Assembly (NCBI GenBank): GCA_951406725.2
Contig: OX597829.1
Coordinates: 2,666,001 to 2,730,000, forward strand
Origin: Octopus vulgaris
Lineage: Eukaryota
Reading direction: 5' to 3'
DNA: 64,000 bases
The notes under the pieces were generated by a model that was not told the DNA's origin, did no database searches, and worked only from the letters and a program-made list of their open reading frames with translations. This document shows, one piece after another, positions 55,619-64,000 of this stretch (position 1 is the first letter of the stretch; each line of letters opens with the position of its first letter). The translations under genes were made by a program, and so were the position numbers.

Positions 55619-56071
55619 GGCATGCATAAATGTATGCATGTATATATGCATGTACATTTGCAATCACGTATGTACAAAAATATGCATGCATGAAAGCATT
55701 CTATGCTTTGTGTATAAATACATATTTGCATGTATAAACATATGTATACGCATGCTAAACCTCATATGTTTTTCATTTTTTCACACAGCTTTTAATTGCT
55801 TTGCGCTGTAATTCCTGAACTAGAACCATTTTCTTTGGTTTTGTGAAGCCCACGTTCTCAAGTTTGGTATTCAAGTAGTTTTTCATTTTAGCCAACATAC
55901 AAACAATTATTTTTAGAAATATATACAACTATTGTCCGGATGGCATGACTGTAAGATTTCCCATTAGTTCAGCAGAGTTAGTATGTATGTTGTGTACATA
56001 TACCTATATATATATATATTATTTACATTATTTACATTCGACAGATATTTGTCCTCATCTTGTTTGTTGTT

Positions 56072-56075
<4 letters not shown>

Positions 56076-56138
<63 letters not shown>

Positions 56139-56166
56139 CAACAACAACAACAACAACAATAATATA

Positions 56167-56219
<53 letters not shown>

Positions 56220-56223
56220 CAAC

Positions 56224-56282
<59 letters not shown>

Positions 56283-56297
56283 CAACAACAACAACAT
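56076..56297. repeat. (AAT)n/(AAC)n microsatellite
   Basis: Directly visible. Confidence 0.97.
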
Positions 56298-56475
56298 CGA
56301 AAAATACCTTAGGAATGAGAACCCAGGTTCGAAATTTCCCCAAGACACCTGATGAAGGCTGGAGGGTATATCAGCCAAAATATGTTAACAACAAACAAGA
56401 TGAGGGGAAATATCCGTCAAATTTAAATAATTTAAATAATGTACATAATTCATCATCTCTTACATATAGAACTGT
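56298..56475 (+). mobile_element. Penelope pLTR-like fragment with a degenerate hammerhead
   Basis: GACAC-CTGATGA-AGGCTG..CAGCC-AAAA; same family as the minus-strand copy at 63870-64000. Confidence 0.7.
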
Positions 56476-56535
56476 ACCTATATGTGTGTGTGTGTGGTGA
56501 GTATGTATATACATATATATATGTATGTGTATATA

Positions 56536-56573
<38 letters not shown>

Positions 56574-56612
56574 TACACACACACATATATATAGTACACA
56601 CACAAAGATATA

Positions 56613-57895
56613 CAAGGTTTACCCAAAAGAAACCGGAACTTTACAATATTATTTTATTCTCTTAGTTTTACATGTTTATACTTTTATCGCCTCCATAGTA
56701 TTTTCCATTTGAAATAATGCATCGGACCCGACGCATTTTCCTCTGTTCGAAGCAGTGCTAGAACTCATACAAAGTGATGCCTTTTAATGCCTCCGTCGCT
56801 TTTTCTTCACCTCTTCTACGTCTGCAAATTCTGTAGCACCCGTTTTCATCATCAGTGATGACCTTCGATAAGCGGTCCAGATCAACTTTCGACTATTCTT
56901 TCAGTTCACGATACGCATTCAGTCGTGTCCGCTTTTGATCTTCCGCGAGAAAGCGACGCACTGATTTTGCCGCAACTCTTTACATTCGCAATTCTGCGTT
57001 CAAAATCTTTTGACAGAGCTCAAAGACACACCGGTCATATCAACAAGTTTGTCAATTCTTCAACAGGAGGTCGACGGTCGCGCTGAACGAGGTTGGTCTT
57101 CAAGTGACAAGTGACAATTGTTAAAGCGTGAAAACCACACATAAATTTGTGTTTTGCTCATGGTCCTTGTAAGCTGTTTGAAGCATGACGTCAGTTACGG
57201 CCGCCATTTTCCCCAGCAGGAAACAGAATTTCACAGAAGTACGGCCTTTCTTCGTTTCAGCTATCGCAAAAACGACGAACAAGGGGAAGCATTGCAGGAT
57301 CTTTTCGGTTTGAAAGGCAGTTTTTTCTAGCGGTGTCATATGAAATTGTCACCCATAATTATGACTCTAGTATCGACCTATTGCATTTCAATCTGTTTTA
57401 GGGTTAGGGTTAGTTAGGGTTAGGGTTAGGGTGGGAGGAAGGGTATCTTTTTTTCTTCAGAAATGTAAATAAACCCAATCTGTTTCTTAAACGCGGGACA
57501 TATTCATACGGTACAGAATGTTTTCACCTCAATAGATGTCATTGATTGGTTGAAATTGCAGAAATTGAAGAAAAAAACAACAAATATCTTACAAACTATA
57601 GAATTTTCTCAATAAAGCCAAGAGAAAAAGATGTTTTATAAACACATTCTAACAGTATAAGAAGTTTAAAAGTGTTTAGTTACGTGGAAATTATGTTAGA
57701 AACTGTCGTTCAAACCGAAAAGATCCACATTGCCAAACAAAAACATGTCATGTGACAGTACGACTTCATTCAACGATACCAGTCAGCATACTGATACTTG
57801 AGGGTTGTATCAAGTCACTTCTAGCGATGGAAATCTGAACTACAGTGGACTTGTCCCACAGAGAACGTTTCCGGTTACTTTTGGATACCTCCTCG
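56613..57895 (-). mobile_element. mariner remnant with TIRs, containing a nested MITE
   Basis: TA-CAAGGTTTACCCAAAAGAAACCGGAA / TTCCGGTTACTTTTGGATACCTCCTCG-TA; RTSVKFCFLLGK..MLQTAY and CFEQ..RCIISNGKY peptides. Confidence 0.78.
57297..57726. mobile_element. GGATC-TIR (Merlin-like) MITE carrying TTAGGG repeats
   Basis: GGATCTTTTCGGTTTGAA...TTCAAACCGAAAAGATCC; degenerate 8-bp TSD GCATTGCA/ACATTGCC; internal half is the reverse complement of 30200-30360. Confidence 0.85.
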
Positions 57896-59334
57896 TACAT
57901 GCAATTTTATACTCTTGATTTGACAAGTTCTTTCGCGATTCGTGAAACCCAATTTCTCAAGCATGATACTGAGGCAGTTAATTATGTATTCAGGGGCTTC
58001 AACATTTAATATTGATACAAAAAAATAAAATAAAATAAAATTGTATATTCCAGATGGAGTAATTATCACTTTCTCAATAGTTCAGTACGGATATTTTCAT
58101 TTCACTAATTTTCAATAATGTATGTCGTACACCTGAATCTTTCTATATTCTATCCCCTAAATCTAGCTTATTGCGTTTGCAGTTTATTGACGTATATGCT
58201 GTTAGCTCCTTTTCGGCGGTATCTTTCAACCATGAACAAGAAACAGCTTTCAATGTTCGGTTCTGCATCAGCGGCCCATCACTACACTTCTTTTTTCTAG
58301 TTGGAGGATCGGCAGTAAGGGTGAGTCATGTCTCTTTTTGCCTCCATTTATTTCGAGGCCAGCAAGTGGCTTTTTTTTTTGCTCTTTTTGCTTCCTCCCA
58401 TATCCGCCAACTATTGCCTCTCTTTCTTTTCTTTCATGCAAACCCCATTGTTGTGAACATCTGCCACACATTGTGCGCTAGTGAAATCCTGAAGCTAACC
58501 TTAAATTGAAAAAGCGAAACCTAAATATTCGTCCTAATTTTGTCGGAGTCTTTCAACACTCAGTGAATATACATCCGTCCACAAATCATCGGTGAGGTCT
58601 TAAACAAAAATAGAGTTAAAGTAAGCTATAACTTCTTAAATGTTCCATTGAAACACGTAAACTGTTCTATTGCTTTTATTTTCAGCAACCTCTACATTTG
58701 TTCTTCAACAGCGTCTTTCTAAAGTGTTGGTTTATAAATTTAAGGCCTCCCTTTCGAGCGGGAGTGAAACAAAATAGTCAAAACGGTTTACGGGACATCT
58801 CTTTAAGGACGTCTTAGAACTTCACTATCCAAATACATCAGAATATTATTATCATAATCATAAAACTGAATCGGTCATTTATAGAACAGTAATTTCTCGC
58901 TACAATAATGGCACTGTAATATTTTCCTCTTAAAGATGTATAATATCCAAGTGTTGCAATTTGAAATTCTAAACAAAAGATCAGAAATGGTGAATTCTTG
59001 TGCCGATATTAATAGAGGAACTGACAGGATAAAATCGCTTTATCCCCTATGATGCGTATTCAACGTTGTCGTGTGTTTTACACGAAAACGAAAATATGTG
59101 TAGTTTTTAGTGAAAATATTAATATGTTACATATTCTGTGATAGACAATCCGTTGTATACGAGACAGAATTTTAATGGATTCTTATGTTTTTTAAGCAAT
59201 CTTATGTTGATGGTTATTGTACTGGTTATGTAGGAACATCAAGCTTGATGTGAGAAACCATCAATTATTACACACATGTGAGTGAGAACACTTTGAGATA
59301 TTTTTGGTATCTAACATATGTCAGATACTGCGAG

Positions 59335-59440
59335 TGCTGCTTCTGATTGGTCAATCCATGGTGATGACCCGAGGTCACGGTGACAGCGCTGCTTCTGATT
59401 GGTCAATTCATGGTGATGACCCGAGATCACGGTGACGGCA
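59335..59440. repeat. Tandem 2 x 52-bp repeat
   Basis: GCTGCTTCTGATTGGTCAAT.CATGGTGATGACCCGAG.TCACGGTGAC occurs twice. Confidence 0.9.
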
Positions 59441-59532
59441 CTACGTTTGTCATTCATAAGTTACAACTAAACGTGAAGAATTTAGTTATTGGGTTAATAA
59501 AATATGGTCATTTATTCGTGTGTAATAAATAA

Positions 59533-59676
59533 AATACCAAACGAGTTCCCTATGGATACCGTATTTATTACAACGAGTGGCTTGTAAACGTATCTAACTC
59601 GCTTTCGCTCGTTAGATACGTTTACAAGCCACTCGTTGTAATAAATACGGTATCCATAGGGAATGAGTTTGGTATT
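59533..59676. repeat. Palindrome with perfect 53-bp arms and a 12-nt loop (fold-back element)
   Basis: 59546-59598 is the exact reverse complement of 59611-59663; a further 10-bp outer pairing AATACCAAAC/GTTTGGTATT. Confidence 0.93.
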
Positions 59677-59839
59677 CTCTCTTTGTCATCAAACGATAGC
59701 ACCAATACTCATCTTTCTAGATATAGAAAACTGAGATCAATATACCCCAACCACCAATAGCACATTTTTTTCTTCCTGGCAGTGGCAAAACTATAAGCTT
59801 ATCATAATCACTGTTAACTCATATATAATCGTAGACATA

Positions 59840-60009
59840 GGCGCGGGAGTGGCTGTGTGGTAAGTAGCTTGTTTACCAACCACATGGTTCCGGGTTCAGT
59901 CCCACTGTGTGGCACCTTGGGCAAGTGTCTTCTACTATAGCCTCCGGCCGACCAAAGCTTGTGAGTGGATTTGGTAGATGGAAACTGAAAGAAGCCCATC
60001 GTGTATATG

Positions 60010-60042
<33 letters not shown>

Positions 60043-60243
60043 TTGTGTGTCTGTGTTTGTACCCCTTGCTTTGCTTGACAACCGATGCTGGTGTGTTTAT
60101 GTCCCCGTTACTTAGCGGTTCGGCAAAAGAGACCGATAGAATAAGTACTGGGCTTACAAAAGAATAAGTCCCGGGGTCGAGTTGCTCGATTAAAGGCGGT
60201 GTTCCAGCATGGCCGCACTCAAATGACTGAAACAAGTAAAAGA
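59840..60243 (+). mobile_element. SINE family A, full length
   Basis: A box TGGCTGTGTGG, B box GGTTCAGTCCC, complete tail. Confidence 0.9.
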
Positions 60244-60292
60244 ATATATGTATATACATACAGTATGTGTCTTTGTGTATGTATGTATGCAT

Positions 60293-60650
60293 GTAGGTAG
60301 GTAGACAGGTAGGTTGGTAGATAGGTAGGTAGGTAGGTTGGTAGATAGGTAGGTAGGTATGTAGATGGGTAGGTAGGTAGGTTGGTAGGTCGGTGAGTAG
60401 GTAGGTATGTAGATGGGTGGGTAGGTAGGTAGGTAGGTAGGTAGGTAGGTAGGTATGTAGATGGGTAGGTAGGTAGGTTGGTAGGTTGGTGGGTAGGTAG
60501 GTATGTAGATGGGTGGGTAGGTAGGTAGGTAGGTATGTAGGTAGGTAGATGGGTAGGTAGGTAGGTAGGTAGGTAGGAAGGTGGGTAGGTAGGTAGGTAG
60601 GTGGGTGGGTAGGTAGGTAGGTAGGTAGGTAGGTATGTACGTATGTAGGT
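60293..60650. repeat. (GGTA)n compound microsatellite
   Basis: Directly visible. Confidence 0.95.
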
Positions 60651-61550
60651 TTGTACGTACGACTGTTTCCATCAGTATCTGTCTGCTAAATCCACTCCCA
60701 AAGCTTTGGTCGGTGCGGGGCCACAGAGGAAAACCTTTGCCCACGCAGTGAGACTAAAACCATAAGCAGAAAAACAGTAACAGGCCTAATGAGATACTAT
60801 TAATCATAAATTAGGCCATGCCACCACTAAGATAATAATTTAACATTACACATTGTACTTGGTTCGGCAGTACGCAGAAGAGAATAGGGTTTCATTTAAA
60901 GATTGTATTACGTTTCATTAGAAAGATATTCTTATATGAACATTGTAGGCACAATACAAAAATGTTACTCAGAAATCTCATACGGCTGGAGAGTCGGAAG
61001 TTTTCTATGTCTCATTTAAAATGACAATAGGATTTTGAGGCGATAATATCCATCGAAACATTGCCACCGAAAAATTGATAAGTATAATAATACGTCACAC
61101 AATATATATATATATATATATATATAAAAAAAGAACAATGTGTATTATTAATGATATGGTTAATTGTTAATAAACAAATATATAAATAAATAAATAAAGC
61201 TTAATTAAGTATGTAACTAATAGGTTGTTACCTTTAAAGTTGGTATCTTGAAGACGAGGAAAAGTAAAAGCGAAAAGGTGAAAAGAATAATGTTATACTA
61301 ATACAAATTACTTTATCAATTTGATTGACAGACCTGGCTACACACTGTACATCCTGTTATCTCTCTAAAAAAAACCAGTTTTCTCTATTTACCTAACTGT
61401 ATCACAAGACAGCGCTTTATAAATCTATAAGTTTTACATAATACTTATGATTTTATATCAGCACAGACAGACACTCCCCACACACAAACACACACACGTA
61501 TATATACACACACATACGGACGTATATATATATATATATATATGTGTGTG

Positions 61551-61637
<87 letters not shown>

Positions 61638-61638
<1 letters not shown>

Positions 61639-61785
61639 TGTGCTAGAAATGTAAATCCGAAATTTACAACTTACCCGCTTTATAAATTCAGTGACAGCGT
61701 AACCTTCACGCAACGCCAAAATAAAGAACTGTATTTCATCAAAAAATTTAGACCAAGTTTGAACACCCTGGGCCAGGAATATTAA
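61638..61785 (+). mobile_element. Penelope GIY-YIG C-terminal fragment
   Basis: KFTTYPLYKF...QRQNKELYFIKKFRPSLN, resembling the 26203-26310 C-terminus. Confidence 0.7.
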
Positions 61786-62204
61786 AACAAAAGATTGGTC
61801 CTCCGAAAAGGAGAAGCGAAATTCTACCACGGCCGCTGCCTTAAACAGTCACTCACACTGACAGAAATATGTCTTAGGGAAAGAAAAAAATTTATAAAAA
61901 GATCTCTACGAGCAGATCTAATCCTGATTCGTCAAGAAACTGATGACGTATTACCTCAGTGGGTAAGCTATTGTCACCCAGCTTGGTCGGTTTCCACATA
62001 CGATACAGCTACGGGTCAGACCCGATTATGATTTAGCAAAACATTGATGACGTATCGTTCCGCTGGATTAGCCACCGAACAGGATACAGTCATGAATCAG
62101 ATCTAATTTCAATCCGTCAAAAACAAGGCTGACATATTTCTTCCGTAGCCAAACTGTCGTTCTGCTTGGTTGGTTTCCTAACAGGATATATTCGTTGAGA
62201 CTGA

Positions 62205-62462
62205 GTTTTGATTTGTGAAAGTTCCTCAGACTCTTTGGGAGAATATTAAAAAGCTGTGGACCCTTGAAACCCAGGCTGTTGCAGAAGCTGGTCCTGAAGC
62301 GTGATGGCATCGCTGGGATCTTTGGCACTATGCAGTGTCGTCCTGTTCTAGCATTGGTGTAGCTTACAATACCAAAATTTGGCACAATTCCTTCCAGGAT
62401 CTTCCAGATATATATTACTGCATACCTCTCCCGTCTTCTCTCCAGGGAGTAGAGTCTTAGCC
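62205..62462 (-). mobile_element. CR1/L2-like LINE ORF2 C-terminal fragment
   Basis: LRLYSLERRRERYAVIYIWKILEGIVPNFG...NSLGFKGPQLFNILPKSLRN. Confidence 0.8.
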
Positions 62463-62734
62463 ATATATTATTTGTTATTTATGTACTGGTTTAATTATAT
62501 CAGTGTCTGAGTTGCATAATAGTGGTTTTAAATTCACACTATATATTATGACTAATTCATAGTCTTTTGGGACTAAAGTTTCACACGTTAGGCCACTGGA
62601 GGTGAACATTTTAAATTATTTTCCATTTCCCTTTGATATAAATATAGCCACTCATCAGGTTAAAGATAACTACAATAATAAAATAATTAATTAATAAATT
62701 TACGTAAATAATCTTTTAAAAAATAAATATATTC

Positions 62735-62779
<45 letters not shown>

Positions 62780-62781
62780 CA

Positions 62782-62857
<76 letters not shown>

Positions 62858-63949
62858 ATACAAAATATACATTAAGTGAAAACTAAATACAACACTTTAA
62901 ACTATATTCATTAAATCAAATTATTTATTAATATATTTATTTAATAAGCATCCAAATAAAGTCTAATACCCATTAAACAATTAATACTAAAACCCTTAAT
63001 ATTAATTAATATACACAATGCTAGTACAAGCCATAAATACTGGAATCAAAAATAAGAAATGGTTCAAATATAAACACACCCATTATATAACTAACTATAT
63101 AATTAATATATATGTAGTATCTATAGATTTAATATATCATTCAATAATATAGTTGACCAAAATATCAATTAATATAAAAACTAATTTACTTAAATATAAT
63201 ACTACTTGATTCATATACCACCTAATTATTAAATAATGTATTTTCTAACAAAATTAATTCCCAAATTAAATTATATGTAATACGTTAAATGCCTTTAATA
63301 AAATAATAATAAAGCATTCTAAATAGATATAATAATTAATATCTATCATAACTTATAACTATCAATATATATAAAAATGATAATATTTCAACAACAATAA
63401 TAATCAAGCCCAATAAAATTCAAAAGCCAAATAATACTTATAAGCAAAAACTGTTACTTAGCTTGTCGATCAAAATAATATAACTGAATTTCAAACGTAA
63501 AAAACATGTATAAGTCTTAGTGTTTATAAAAATTAATATCGTGAAGATTTAGTGTAAACAAATAGAATAATTTATCAATGAAAATGGCGAAAACTATTTA
63601 CTAATGAAAAATACGAAAAACATCTAAGCCCCACGAATTAAAGAAAGGTACGAAAAATATTTGAACAAATGAACAAGACACTATGAAGACATTCAACTAC
63701 AACCGACAGTCCACTACAAATCCAGTCAATAACAATAATAATAATAACAACAATCAAACGCAATATAATACAAAATCCAAACAATATTAATAAACAAACA
63801 ACGTTACTAAGCTTATCTATTAAATTAATATAACTGGATTTTAAATGTATAAATATAGGTCTTAGCGTCTTAAGATGAGAAAGTACATGATTTACACTAT
63901 TCATATTATTTACATTTGACGGATATTTGTCCTCATTTTGTTTGTTGTT

Positions 63950-63995
63950 AACACAACGTTTCGGCTGATATACCCTCCAGCCTTCATCAGATGTC
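63950..63995 (-). ncRNA. Minimal type I hammerhead ribozyme motif (Penelope pLTR type)
   Basis: GACAU-CUGAUGA-A-GGCUG-(10 nt)-CAGCC-GAAA-CG-UU-GUGUU; stem III reduced to palindromic AACGUU. Confidence 0.72.
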
Positions 63996-64000
63996 TTGGG

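Noticed and set aside
62560-62670. Minus-strand CTGATGAG...GAAACTTTAGTC hammerhead candidate
   Set aside because: Stems I and II do not pair adjacent to the core; likely a junction of two fragments
62870-63350. AT-rich, strand-skewed stretch resembling a mitochondrial insertion (NUMT)
   Set aside because: No recognisable mitochondrial protein, tRNA or rRNA motif in the frames tried; a BLAST against mitogenomes would be needed

Overview
Eukaryotic, AT-rich, extremely microsatellite- and transposon-dense animal DNA. The SINE families and repeat landscape suggest a cephalopod (Octopus-like); this is an inference. Only one convincing host gene is present: a single-coding-exon GT14 core-2/I-branching beta-1,6-GlcNAc-transferase (GCNT1/3/4-like, minus strand, 48016-49515). 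Almost all other listed ORFs are microsatellite translations or decayed transposon fragments. These include two tRNA-derived SINE families, Tx1/L1-like, R4/Dong-like, HERO-like, RTE, CR1-like and Penelope retroelement remnants, Tc1/mariner remnants, hAT- and Merlin-like MITEs, and a Chapaev3 element with both termini intact. The most notable unannotated signal is a set of type I hammerhead-ribozyme motifs of the Penelope kind, in four distinct sequence families. One has an unusually long (~85 nt) stem II and is copied three times inside a near-identical 3 x ~3.06 kb tandem array (6311-15372) whose junctions lie in (CATA)n tracts. A divergent head-to-head pair lies in an inverted repeat at 2249-2649, another sits inside a 360-bp cassette bounded by inverted repeats (27661-28021), and a minimal one is at 63950-63995. 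Other points of interest are a SINE sharing its 3' tail with a Tx1-like LINE, retroelements embedded in specific microsatellites, a MITE carrying TTAGGG repeats, and a perfect 53-bp-arm palindrome. All calls were made by eye; no folding or database search was run.
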